Source: Chloroflexota bacterium
GTDB taxonomy: Bacteria > Chloroflexota > UBA6077 > JAJPHF01
NCBI GenBank assembly: GCA_035294645.1
Contig: DATGKN010000164.1
Span: 99-64,098, forward strand
Length of the DNA: 64,000 nt
Direction: 5' to 3'
The position numbers were made by a program, and so were the translations under genes. Shown in pieces: positions 54,457-63,617 of this stretch (position 1 is its first letter; the number at the start of each line of letters is the position of its first letter). The notes below the pieces were generated by a model. The model worked only from the letters and a program-made list of their open reading frames with translations, did no database searches and had not been told where the DNA came from.

Positions 54457-56151
54457 ATGGGCCGCTTCAGCACTCGGCTCGCTCTCGCCACCGGTGGCCT
54501 CGGCCTGCTGCTCGTGCTGGCCCTGCTGCTCGTGCTGGCGCCGCTAGTTGCCCGCGAGCAGCAGGCGCTCACCGCGCACCACCTCCAGGCCCAGGCGCGG
54601 CTCGCCGCTGCGAGCGTGGCGGCCGCGCTCGACGCCGCCGGCTGCGAGACGCTGGCCGCTTGCCCGGCTGAGCGCCTCGACCCCGCGGCGCTCGCCAGCC
54701 ACTTGGCGGTTGCCACGGGGGCGTATATCACCCTGACGGCGCCCGACGGCCGCGCCTGGGCCGCCGCGCCGCCGACCCCTGCAGCGGGCGCCGTTGTCCG
54801 GGTGCCCGTGGGGGATGCCGCGGCGCCGCGCGCTGTGCTAGAGCTGATCCCGCCTCGCGCTGGCGCGGGGCCACCGTCCGCGCCTATCCTGCTCCCCCTG
54901 CTGCTGGTAGGACTGGCCGGCAGCACGCTCGCCGCCGGCGTCGCCCTGCTGCTCGGCCGCCGGCTAGAGCACGGCCTCGAGGCGCTGCGCGCCCATGTGC
55001 TGGCCGCCACGGAACGGCTGGCAGACGCGCGGCCCCCGCTGCTACCCGCCGGCGCGCCACGCGAGGTCGAGCGGCTCGCCGCCGCGCTGGAGCGGCTGCT
55101 GGCCACCGCGCGGGCCCAGCTGCGCGCGCGCGCGGCCGAGCGCGACCGGCTGGACACGATCCTCGCGCATCTGGCCGACAGCGTGGTGATCATCGCCGGC
55201 GGCCGCATCGCGCGGCTCAACCCGGCCGCCGAGCGGCTGCTGGGCCTGCGCCGGGGGGCGGCCATCGGGCGCACGGTGGCCGAAGTGCTGCGCGACCACG
55301 AGCTGGTGGCCTTGGTCGAGCGGGGGGCGGCGGAGGGGCCGGCCACGACGTTCATCGAGTGGCGCACACCGCCGCGGTTCCTGCGCGCTAGCGTGACGCG
55401 GCTGCCCACCGCGGCCGACGGCCAGCTGCTGCTCGTCCTGCACGACCTGACCGAGCTGCGGCGTCTGGAGACCGTGCGGCGCGACTTCGTGGCCAATGTC
55501 TCGCACGACCTCCGCACGCCCATCGCTGCCGTACGGGCCATGGTGGAGACGCTCCAGGACGGGGCCATCGACGACCCGGCGGCAGCGCGCGACTTCCTGG
55601 CTCGTATCGAGCAGGAGGTGCTGGGCCTGCATCGCCTGGTCGAGCAGCTCCTCGAGCTGTCACGCCTGGAAGCGGGCCGGGTGGAGCTGACCCTGGCGCC
55701 GACCGACCCGCTGCCGCTGGTAGAGGCGGCGGTCCGTCGGCTCACGCCGCTGGCCGAGCGCGCGGGGGTGGTGCTCCGCACCGCGCTGCCCCCTGCGCTG
55801 CCGCCGATGGTCGTCGACGCCGAGCGTATCACCCAGGTGCTGATCAGTGTCATCCACAACGCCATCAAGTTCACCCCTCCCGGGGGCGAGATCGTGGTCA
55901 GCGCCGCGGCCGAGCCCCACCGCGTGCGCCTCAGTGTGCGCGATACGGGGGTGGGGCTGGCGCCGGAGCAGCTCGAGCGCATCTTCGAGCGGTTTTACAA
56001 GGCCGACGCGGCGCGCGCTGGCGGCGGCACCGGCCTCGGCCTAGCGATCGCCAAGCATACCGTGCAGCTGCACGGCGGCCGTATCTGGGCCGAGAGCGAG
56101 GGGCCGGAGCGGGGCACCACCGTGCAGATCGCCCTGCCGCGCGCCGCCTGA
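54457..56151 (+). CDS. Sensor histidine kinase, PhoR/SenX3-like (TM, HAMP, PAS, HisKA, HATPase_c)
   Basis: H-box DFVANVSHDLRTPIAAV. ATPase boxes (DTGVGLAPEQ...GGTGLGLAIAKH). Directly downstream of the OmpR-type RR. Confidence 0.8.
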   Translation: MGRFSTRLALATGGLGLLLVLALLLVLAPLVAREQQALTAHHLQAQARLAAASVAAALDAAGCETLAACPAERLDPAALASHLAVATGAYITLTAPDGRAWAAAPPTPAAGAVVRVPVGDAAAPRAVLELIPPRAGAGPPSAPILLPLLLVGLAGSTLAAGVALLLGRRLEHGLEALRAHVLAATERLADARPPLLPAGAPREVERLAAALERLLATARAQLRARAAERDRLDTILAHLADSVVIIAGGRIARLNPAAERLLGLRRGAAIGRTVAEVLRDHELVALVERGAAEGPATTFIEWRTPPRFLRASVTRLPTAADGQLLLVLHDLTELRRLETVRRDFVANVSHDLRTPIAAVRAMVETLQDGAIDDPAAARDFLARIEQEVLGLHRLVEQLLELSRLEAGRVELTLAPTDPLPLVEAAVRRLTPLAERAGVVLRTALPPALPPMVVDAERITQVLISVIHNAIKFTPPGGEIVVSAAAEPHRVRLSVRDTGVGLAPEQLERIFERFYKADAARAGGGTGLGLAIAKHTVQLHGGRIWAESEGPERGTTVQIALPRAA

Positions 56152-56154
56152 GCA

Positions 56155-57447
56155 CTACACGGGCGCGGGGCCATACGTGCCAGGCTGTGGCTCCACCAGG
56201 CGCAACAGCAGCGCGGTGGGCACCACCATCAGCCCGAGGCTCACCAGCGCCAGCGCGGGGAGGCCCGCGGCGGCCAGCACGGCGCTGCCGACCAGCGGCA
56301 TGAGGGCCGCGCCCGCGCTGCTGAGCGCGTCGTTGAGCCCGATGGCGCGGCCGCGCTCTAGCGGCCCGGTGGTGTCGGCGAGCAGCGCCGCAGCGGCGAC
56401 GTTCACCGCCGACCACCCGAGGCCCACCAGCAGCGCGCCGGCGGTGACGAGCCAGTAGTGGCTCACCAGGCAGATCAGGAAGCTGCCGCCGAGGGCGCCG
56501 ACCAGACCGAGCAGCATGACGTGGCGGCGCCCGAGGGCGTCGGCCAGCTTGCCCAGCGGCAGCGAGAAGCCGAACATGCCCACCACGTGGATGGCCATGG
56601 CCAGCGAGATGGCCGTGAGGTCGTGGTCGTGGTGCGCCAGGGCCAGGGAGGTTACGGCCATCATCATGGTCATGGTGCCCTGGGCGGCGAAGCTAGCCGC
56701 GAACGCGGTCTGCCGCGGGTAGTGGCGCAACAGCGCCTGCCAGCGCAGCGTCTCCGTGGCCGCGGCGACGGGCGGCACGTAGTGCGGGTAGTAGCGGGCC
56801 AGCTCGCGGGCGATCTCGCGCGGGTCGGGGCGGATCAGCGCCAGCAGCGCTAGGCTGGGCAGGCCGGCGAGCGGCACCAGCAGCCAGGCGGCGGCCAGCG
56901 GGTCGAGGCGCACACGCTGGGCCAGCGCCTGGGCCACGCTCACCATGCCCGGCGCGACCAATGCGCCGAGCAGCGCGCCGCTGAGCACGTAGCCCATGCC
57001 CTCGCCGCGCCGCTCGGGCGGGTACATATCGGCCGCCGCGAGCCGCAGCTGCTGGACGGCGCTCACCCCGCTGCCCAATACCACCGTGCTGAGCAGGAAC
57101 CCGCTCACCGACCCCGCGACGATCGCCGCCGCCAGCCCCAGCCCACCCAGCACACAGGCCACCAGGCCCAGCGCGAGCCCGGTCCGGCGCCCGTAGCGGT
57201 CCATGACCATCCCGATAGGGTACGCGATGGCCAGCCGGGCCGCGCCGAGCACGCTAGTGGCCAATCCCGCGAGCGCCAGGGTGCCTGTGAGCTGGACCGC
57301 CGTGAGCGCGCCCAGCGTGGGCACCATCTGGTTGCCGATGCCGACACACGCCTGGGTGATCGCCAGCAATAAGGTATTGCGTTTGACAATAGCGGGGATA
57401 GGGTCGCCCTGAACGATCGGGGTCGAGGCCGAGCGCGCCGTATACAT
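56155..57447 (-). CDS. MFS transporter
   Basis: 12 predicted TM helices. MFS motif-A-like ...GMVMDRYGRRTGL... 430 aa. Confidence 0.8.
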   Translation of the reverse strand: MYTARSASTPIVQGDPIPAIVKRNTLLLAITQACVGIGNQMVPTLGALTAVQLTGTLALAGLATSVLGAARLAIAYPIGMVMDRYGRRTGLALGLVACVLGGLGLAAAIVAGSVSGFLLSTVVLGSGVSAVQQLRLAAADMYPPERRGEGMGYVLSGALLGALVAPGMVSVAQALAQRVRLDPLAAAWLLVPLAGLPSLALLALIRPDPREIARELARYYPHYVPPVAAATETLRWQALLRHYPRQTAFAASFAAQGTMTMMMAVTSLALAHHDHDLTAISLAMAIHVVGMFGFSLPLGKLADALGRRHVMLLGLVGALGGSFLICLVSHYWLVTAGALLVGLGWSAVNVAAAALLADTTGPLERGRAIGLNDALSSAGAALMPLVGSAVLAAAGLPALALVSLGLMVVPTALLLRLVEPQPGTYGPAPV

Positions 57448-57527
57448 CGTGGTCTATCCCCCACACGGTGGATGGGTTTCCAGTGTACGACAACCATGGT
57501 GAGAAGAACAGCCGCGAAATGCCCAGC

Positions 57528-57542
57528 AGTATATCTAATACT
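57528..57542. promoter_or_regulatory. Inverted repeat AGTAT-n5-ATACT in the AT-rich MFS upstream region (operator candidate)
   Basis: agtatatctaatact, about 85 nt upstream of the MFS start, within the only AT-rich stretch of the 57448-57700 intergenic region. Confidence 0.25.
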
Positions 57543-57699
57543 CCGCAATAGCGGGTATCAGATGGACTCGGTGGCAGTAGTTGGGTGCGAGAGGAGGGAC
57601 GACGCCGTTATCGGGCTGGATGGGCGCGCTGCTGGCGCCACGCGGTGCGGGGGGTACGATTGGGGTGCCCGATTCGTGGGGCGAATGGGCCGGGAAAGC

Positions 57700-57722
57700 A
57701 AAAACCTGGCGCTATCGCCAGG
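57700..57722 (-). terminator. Rho-independent terminator of tRNA-Thr
   Basis: Minus-strand cctggcg-ata-cgccagg hairpin followed by TTTTT, 12 nt after the tRNA 3' end. Confidence 0.75.
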
Positions 57723-57734
57723 CTGGATGGGGCG

Positions 57735-57806
57735 AGCCGAGTCAGGGATTCGAACCCTGGACCTAGCGATTACGAATCGCTCGCTCTACCACTGAGCTAA
57801 CCCGGC
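57735..57806 (-). tRNA. tRNA-Thr (anticodon CGU)
   Basis: Cloverleaf folds by hand. Acceptor GCCGGGT/ACTCGGC (one G-U). D-arm AGCTCAGTGGTAGAGC. Anticodon stem AGCGA/TCGCT with loop ttCGTaa. T-arm GGTTCGAATCC. No encoded CCA. Confidence 0.85.
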
Positions 57807-57842
57807 AGGCCGGCGGCCGATAGCGGATCGGCGCCGCCGGTA

Positions 57843-57870
57843 AGTATAGCATAGCTGGCCGGAGCTGCAA
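57843..57870 (-). promoter_or_regulatory. Sigma-70-type promoter for tRNA-Thr (TTGCAG-16nt-TATACT)
   Basis: Minus-strand -35 TTGCAG (57865-57870) and -10 TATACT (57843-57848) with a 16-nt spacer, about 40 nt upstream of the tRNA 5' end. Confidence 0.5.
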
Positions 57871-57919
57871 GCTGTCGGCGCCCGCGCTGGGCGGCCAGCA
57901 AGTATACGGGGGCGCGGGC

Positions 57920-60900
57920 CTACTCGGCGGGTGCCGGGCGCGCCGCTAGCTGGCGCAGCCAGCGCTCGCCCTCCAGGGCGGCGAGCGCTCCGCCCGCCCA
58001 GGCGCCGGCCGCCACCAGGTCGCCCAGCCCCAGCGCGGCTCCGCCGAGCGCGGCGCGCAGCGGCGGCAGGAGCAGCGCGGCCAGCTGCAAGCCCGCCGAG
58101 GCGAGCAGTGCCAGCGCGAGCCAGCGATTCGGCCGCGTGCGCGCCCGCAGGGCCGGCTGGTCGTACACGCGCGCCAGGGGAGCGTGCAGGATCTGCGCGC
58201 CCACTAGCGTGGCGAAGGCCATCGTCTGCGCCCGGGGGCCGGGGCCGTAGCGCTGCAGGCCGGTGGCGAACGCGCCCAGCGCCGCCAGCGCCAACGCGCT
58301 CGATTCGCCTAGGAGCCGCAACAGGAACGGCCGTGGCAGGAACGACGCTCCGGGGTCGCGCGGCGGCTGCTCCAGCAGCGTGGGGTCGCGCGGCTCCACG
58401 GCTAGAGCCAGAGCAGGCGCCAGGTCGGTCACCAGGTTCAGCCACAACAGCTGCAGGGGCGCCAGCGGCGCCGGCCAGCCGAGCACGGCGCTCGCCGCTA
58501 CCACCCATACCTCGGCTGCGTTGGTAGCGAGCAGGTAGTGGACCACGCGCCGCACGTTGGCGCGTACCAGCCGCCCCTCCTCGACGGCGTCGACGATCAG
58601 CGCGAAGTCGTCGGTGGCCAGCACCACGTCGGCCAGCTCGCGCGCCAGCTCGGTGCCCCGCTCGCCCATGGCGATGCCCACGTCGGCGGCGCGTAGCGCG
58701 GGCGCGTCGTTCACGCCGTCGCCGGTCATGGCCACGATCTTGCCGTTGGCCTGCAGGGCGCGCACGATCGCCAGCTTCAGCTCGGGCGGCACGCGGGCGA
58801 AGATGCCCACCTCGCGCACCCGCTCGCGCAGCGCCGCCAAGTCCAGCCGCGCCAACTCCTCGGCCTCCAGCACCGCCAGCGAGCCGCGCCGCGACAGCTG
58901 CAGCTCGCGCGCCACCGCCACCGCCGTCGGCGCCTGGTCGCCCGTGATCATGATCGTGCGGATGCCTGCGCGGTGCAGCGCCTGGATCGCCGCCGGCGCA
59001 CCGGGCCGGATCGGGTCCACCAACCCCACGAGCCCAACCCAGGTGAACCCCCTCTCCAGGTCCGCCTCGGTATAGTCAGGGGGCAGCGCGCGGCGCGCCA
59101 GGGCCAGCACCCGCATGGCGCGGCCGGCCATCGCGGCGTTGCGCTCGGCGAGGGCGGCGCGCAGGGCGTCGGTCAGCGGCTCCTCGCGGCCGGCGAGCCG
59201 CACGCGGTCGCACAGGGCCAGCACCTCCTCCGGCGAGCCCTTCACCAGCGCCAACGGGCCGTCGGCGGTGCGGTGGACGGTCAGCAGGTGGCGCCGGGTG
59301 GCGTCGCGGTCGCGCCGGTCGCACAGCGGGTGGGTGGCGCGCAGCTCGTCGATCGCCAGCCCGGCTTTGACGGCAGCGACCAGCAGGGCGCCCTCGGTGG
59401 CCGAGCCGTCGATCGTCAGCGCGCCGCCCGGCCCCGCCACCAAGTAAGCGTCGGAGTTGAGCACCCCGATCGTCAGCGCTTCGGCCAGTGCCGGCCAGGC
59501 GGCGGGCACTACCGTCTCGCCCTCGACCAGGAAGCTCCCCGTGGGTGCCAGCGCGGGGCCGGTGACCCGCACTGTGCGGCCCTCGACGACCCACTCGCGC
59601 ACGGCCATGCGGTTCTCGGTCAGCGTGCCGGTCTTGTCCGCGCAGACATGGGTCACTGCCCCGAGCGCTTCGGCGGCGGCCAGCGTGCGGATCAGCGTGC
59701 CCTTGCGGCGCATGCGCCCCGAGCCGAACGCCAGCACGGTAGTGGCCACGGTGGGCAGCGCCTCGGGGATGGCCGCCACGCCGAGGCCGATGGCAGTGTG
59801 CAGCGCCGCGCCCAGGCCCGCCCCGCGCCACAGGCTGAGCCCGAACACCCCGGCGCAGATCGCCGTGGCGCCGACCGCGACCGCGCGGCCCAGCGTCGCC
59901 AGGTCGCGCTCCAGCGGCGTCGGCGGCGGCGCGGCCCTGGCGGCCAGCAGCCGCAGCTGGCCATACGCCGTGTGCTCGCCCGTGGCCACCACCACCGCGG
60001 TGCCGTGGCCGCCCAGCACGGTGGTCCCGCGCAGCACCATGGCGCGGCGGTCAGCCAGCGGGGTGGTCGCAGCGACGGGCGCTGGGTCCTTGGCCACCGG
60101 GCGCGACTCGCCCGTCAGCGCGGCCTCCTCCACGCGCAGCCGCTCGGCCGCCAGCAGCCGGGCGTCGGCGGGCACCGGGTCGCCCGGCAGCAGGACGAGC
60201 ACATCGCCCGGCACCAGCTCGTCGGCGTCCACGAGCTGCTCGACGCCCCCGCGCCGCACACGCGCGCGGATGCCCAGCCCGCGGCGCAGGGCCTGGATCG
60301 CGCGCTGGCCGCGACGTTCGGTGAGGGCGCCGACCGCGGCGTTGACCACCAGCACCCCGGCGATCAGCGCCGCCTCCAGCAGCGCGCCGGTGGCCACTGC
60401 GGCCGCCGTGCTGGCCGCCAGGAGGGCACTGGGCGCGTTGGCGAACTGCTCGGCCAGCAGGCGCGCGAACGGCGGCGGCGCGGCCTCGGGCAGCCGGTTG
60501 AGGCCGTAGCGCGCCTGGCGCCGTCGTACCTCGTCGGGGGATAGCCCCCGCGCGGGATCGACGCCCAGCCGCGCCAGCACTCTAGGTGCCGGCCAAGCGT
60601 GCCACGGCGCGGCCTCGGCGGGCGCGGGCGTACCGTGGGGTACAGGAGCGCCGGGCGGGGCGGTGCGGGCCAGCGCGGTCGCCAGCGCCGCCACGAGCGC
60701 GGTGGGCGTCCAGCGCGCCGGCTGGTAGCGGACCAGCGCGGTGCCCGTGCGCGCGCTGGCACTGGCCGCGAGCACCCCCTCGACGCCGGCCAGCGCGCGT
60801 GCCACCCACCTCTCGCGCCCGGGCGCCCGGTGCAGCCCGGCGACCGCCAAGCGCAAGCGGCCGGGCACGGCGCTGCGCACCTGTAGCAGAGCCGTGGCCT

Positions 60901-61297
60901 GGGCCTCCGGCCCGTCGCGCAGCCCCAGCGTGCGCGCGGCCGCGCTCGCCACCTGGAGCGGCGTGTAGCGCCCCGGGTCGAACCGCACCAACGCGGTGCC
61001 GGTCCGCGGGTCTACCCGCACGCCCGTCACCCCGGACAGGCCGGCCAGCGCGCGCTCGATCGCGGCCGCGCGCGCCGGGTCGCGCCGTGCTCCGTCTAGG
61101 GCGAGGCGCACATGGCCAGGGCACGGGGCGCGCAGCAGGCGCGGCGCGGAACACAGCGCGGCGGGCACGACACGACTCCCCCATCCACGGGCCCGAGGCC
61201 CATAGCCGCTATTATTGTGGTGCCTCGCCGCCGCGCGCGGCCGCGACCTGACCGAATGTGGTGGGGGCGCGGGCGAGCCGCGAGGGGGGAGACGCAT
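57920..61297 (-). CDS. P-type ATPase (P2-like cation pump) with two N-terminal degenerate HMA-like domains lacking CxxC
   Basis: Cation_ATPase_N-like segment (LSPDEVRRRQARYGLNRL). TGES (ALTGESRPV). Phosphorylation site CADKTGTLTEN. MITGDQ. Hinge TGDGVNDAPAL. Ten predicted TM helices. Two betaalphabetabetaalphabeta-like units (RLALDGARRDPARAAAIERALAGLSGVTGVRVDPRTGTALVRFD; RLAVAGLHRAPGRERWVARALAGVEGVLAASASARTGTALVRYQ) with no metal-binding Cys. N-terminal extent uncertain. Confidence 0.8.
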   Translation of the reverse strand: MRLPPRGSPAPPPHSVRSRPRAAARHHNNSGYGPRARGWGSRVVPAALCSAPRLLRAPCPGHVRLALDGARRDPARAAAIERALAGLSGVTGVRVDPRTGTALVRFDPGRYTPLQVASAAARTLGLRDGPEAQATALLQVRSAVPGRLRLAVAGLHRAPGRERWVARALAGVEGVLAASASARTGTALVRYQPARWTPTALVAALATALARTAPPGAPVPHGTPAPAEAAPWHAWPAPRVLARLGVDPARGLSPDEVRRRQARYGLNRLPEAAPPPFARLLAEQFANAPSALLAASTAAAVATGALLEAALIAGVLVVNAAVGALTERRGQRAIQALRRGLGIRARVRRGGVEQLVDADELVPGDVLVLLPGDPVPADARLLAAERLRVEEAALTGESRPVAKDPAPVAATTPLADRRAMVLRGTTVLGGHGTAVVVATGEHTAYGQLRLLAARAAPPPTPLERDLATLGRAVAVGATAICAGVFGLSLWRGAGLGAALHTAIGLGVAAIPEALPTVATTVLAFGSGRMRRKGTLIRTLAAAEALGAVTHVCADKTGTLTENRMAVREWVVEGRTVRVTGPALAPTGSFLVEGETVVPAAWPALAEALTIGVLNSDAYLVAGPGGALTIDGSATEGALLVAAVKAGLAIDELRATHPLCDRRDRDATRRHLLTVHRTADGPLALVKGSPEEVLALCDRVRLAGREEPLTDALRAALAERNAAMAGRAMRVLALARRALPPDYTEADLERGFTWVGLVGLVDPIRPGAPAAIQALHRAGIRTIMITGDQAPTAVAVARELQLSRRGSLAVLEAEELARLDLAALRERVREVGIFARVPPELKLAIVRALQANGKIVAMTGDGVNDAPALRAADVGIAMGERGTELARELADVVLATDDFALIVDAVEEGRLVRANVRRVVHYLLATNAAEVWVVAASAVLGWPAPLAPLQLLWLNLVTDLAPALALAVEPRDPTLLEQPPRDPGASFLPRPFLLRLLGESSALALAALGAFATGLQRYGPGPRAQTMAFATLVGAQILHAPLARVYDQPALRARTRPNRWLALALLASAGLQLAALLLPPLRAALGGAALGLGDLVAAGAWAGGALAALEGERWLRQLAARPAPAE

Positions 61298-61355
61298 CGA
61301 GCGCGGGGCCCAACCAGGGCCTCCGCGCCCGCACAGAGCTGTGTCGATCGGCGGC

Positions 61356-61805
61356 TTAGCGGCCGGCGGTCAGGGCGATGCGGCGCGGCTTCGCCGACTC
61401 GGCCTTCGGCACCGTCAGCCGAATCAGGCCGTGCTCATAGTGCGCCTGCACGTGCTCCGCATCGACCGGATCCGGCAGGGTCACACGGCGCTCGAACTGC
61501 CCGGACGGCCGCTCGCGCAGCAAGTAGCGGCGCCCTTCCGGCACAGTCGGGTACTCGCCGCGGATCGTTACCTCGTTGCCGAGGACCGAGACGTCCACCG
61601 CGTCCGGCGCCAGGCCCGGCACCGCGGCCTCGATCACGAAGTTATCGCCGTCGGTGTACACATCGATGGGCACGCCCGCCGTACGCGCCCAGCCCATGAA
61701 GCTGGTGGGCCGTACGAAGCTCTCCTCGAACAGGCGGTCCATCGCCTCGCGTAGACTCATCATCTCGGCGAACGGGTCCCAACGCGCGATCGCCATCGTG
61801 ATCAC
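61356..61805 (-). CDS. Hsp20/alpha-crystallin family small heat-shock protein
   Basis: Alpha-crystallin domain (...PIDVYTDGDNFVIEAAVPGLAPDAVDVSVLGNEVTIRGE...GQFERRVTLP...). Confidence 0.9.
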   Translation of the reverse strand: MITMAIARWDPFAEMMSLREAMDRLFEESFVRPTSFMGWARTAGVPIDVYTDGDNFVIEAAVPGLAPDAVDVSVLGNEVTIRGEYPTVPEGRRYLLRERPSGQFERRVTLPDPVDAEHVQAHYEHGLIRLTVPKAESAKPRRIALTAGR

Positions 61806-62001
61806 CTCCTTTCGGAGCCGATCAACGTGTCCAGTTAGCTTTTAGCACGCGCGCTGTTAGAGCGCGGTCGGAGCGCGGCTAGAAACGCGCTAGTAGCCGG
61901 CGCCCGCCCCGTTTTTCCGCCGCCGTGAGCGCTCGCCCCAGCTTTCAGGAGGGTGGCCGGCCGCTTGGTGCACGCGGTACAGGCCAGTCGGCAGGCGGGC
62001 G

Positions 62002-62670
62002 TCAGTAGCGCGGAGCATTGATATCTTCCATCTGGCCGGTGACCAGGTACACCACGCGCTCGCAGATGTTAGTCGTGCGGTCGGCGATGCGCTCCAGGTT
62101 GTGCGAGATCCAGATGAGGTACGTGGCGCGGGTGATGGTACGCGGGTCCTCGATCATGTAGGTGAGCAGCTCACGGTATACCTGCTCGTGCAGCCGGTCG
62201 ATCTCGTCGTCCTCGGCGGCGATGGCGCGGGCAGCGTCGGCATCGCGGTCGACATAGGCGTCGATGCTGCGCCGCAGCATGCTGCGCGCCTTCTCCGCCA
62301 TGCGGGGGATGTCGATCAGCTGCTTGAGCGGCGGCTGGTCGGCCAGGCGGATGGCCAGCTTGGCGATGCCCTCGGCGTAGTCGCCGATGCGCTCCAGCTC
62401 GACGATGATGTTGAGGATCACCACGATGGCGCGCAGGTCGCTGGCCATCGGCTGCTGGGTAGCGATCAACGCGATGGCCCGCTCCTCGATGTCGGTGCGG
62501 CGGCGGTCGAGCAGGGTGTCCTCGTCGATGACCTGCTGCGCCAGCTCGACATCGCGCGCTTTGAGGGCCGCGATGGCGCGGTCGATCGCCTTATCGGCCA
62601 TGCTGGCGAGGATCAGCACCTGGTCCTGGAGTCCCTGCAACGCTTCCTGGAATCCTGCCCGCATGACCAT
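62002..62670 (-). CDS. phoU: Phosphate-transport system regulator PhoU
   Basis: Two PhoU repeats (...DEDTLLDRRRTDIEERAIALIATQQPMASDLRAI... and ...EDDEIDRLHEQVYRELLTYM...). ATG at 62670 with AGGAGA RBS. The ORF-track N-terminal extension is unsupported. Confidence 0.9.
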   Translation of the reverse strand: MVMRAGFQEALQGLQDQVLILASMADKAIDRAIAALKARDVELAQQVIDEDTLLDRRRTDIEERAIALIATQQPMASDLRAIVVILNIIVELERIGDYAEGIAKLAIRLADQPPLKQLIDIPRMAEKARSMLRRSIDAYVDRDADAARAIAAEDDEIDRLHEQVYRELLTYMIEDPRTITRATYLIWISHNLERIADRTTNICERVVYLVTGQMEDINAPRY

Positions 62671-62687
62671 GGTCGCTCTCCTGGTGG

Positions 62688-63524
62688 CTAGCCGAACCGT
62701 CCGGTGATGTAGTCCTCCGTGCGCTGGTCGCGCGGGTGGGTGAACAGCTCGGTGGTGGGGCCGAACTCGATCAGCTCGCCCGTGCGATCGTCGCCCATGA
62801 GGAAGAACGCGGTGTAGTCGGACACCCGCGACGCCTGCTGCATGTTGTGGGTGACGATGGCGATAGTGTAGTCCCGCGCCAGCTCGCGGATCAATTCCTC
62901 GATGCGATAGGTGGCGATGGGGTCCAGGGCGGAGCACGGCTCGTCCATCAGCAGCACCGCGGGCTCCACCGCCAGGGCGCGGGCGATGCACAGCCGCTGC
63001 TGCTGGCCGCCGGACAGCGACGCGCCGCTGCTACGCAGCTTGTCCTTCACCTCGTCCCACAGCGCCGCGCGGCGCAGGCAGCGCTCGACGACCTCGTCTA
63101 GCCGCGCGCGCCGGCGCTCGCCGGCCAGCCGCAGCCCCACGACCACATTGTCGTACACCGACAGGGTGGGGAAGGGGTTTGGCTTCTGGAACACCATGCC
63201 GATCAGGCGGCGCACGCGCACCACATCGACCCCGGGAGCGTAGATGTCCTCGCCGTCCAGCAGCACGCTGCCCTCCACGCGCGCGCCGCGGACCACCTCG
63301 TGCATGCGGTTCAGGCAGCGCAGGAAGGTCGACTTGCCGCAGCCCGACGGCCCGATCAGGGCGGTCACCTTGCCCGGCGCGATGTCGAGCGATACGTTGC
63401 GGATGGCCTGGAAGCGCCCGTACCAGGCGCTCACGTGGCGCGCTTGCAGCGTTTTGGGCGCGCTAGGGCCGTGGCGCATCACGACGGCCGCCTGCGGGCT
63501 CTCTGGCGTCTCTACTTGTTGCAT
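62688..63524 (-). CDS. pstB: Phosphate ABC transporter ATP-binding protein PstB
   Basis: Walker [10 protein letters not shown], signature [15 protein letters not shown], Walker [12 protein letters not shown]. PstB-typical length and an N-terminal extension. Confidence 0.9.
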   Translation of the reverse strand: MQQVETPESPQAAVVMRHGPSAPKTLQARHVSAWYGRFQAIRNVSLDIAPGKVTALIGPSGCGKSTFLRCLNRMHEVVRGARVEGSVLLDGEDIYAPGVDVVRVRRLIGMVFQKPNPFPTLSVYDNVVVGLRLAGERRRARLDEVVERCLRRAALWDEVKDKLRSSGASLSGGQQQRLCIARALAVEPAVLLMDEPCSALDPIATYRIEELIRELARDYTIAIVTHNMQQASRVSDYTAFFLMGDDRTGELIEFGPTTELFTHPRDQRTEDYITGRFG

Positions 63525-63617
63525 CCCCGCGGTCTCCTTATGGGGCGGGTTCGAGGCTTTTGGCCGCTGGGGGCCTGCCGTTGTGAACGGCGGGCCCCGC
63601 CCCGTTCGCTAACCGAC

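Noticed and set aside
61806-61900. Complete CIRCE (HrcA) element upstream of hsp20
   Set aside because: Only the left half-site TTAGCAC is present, with no matching inverted half at the correct spacing.
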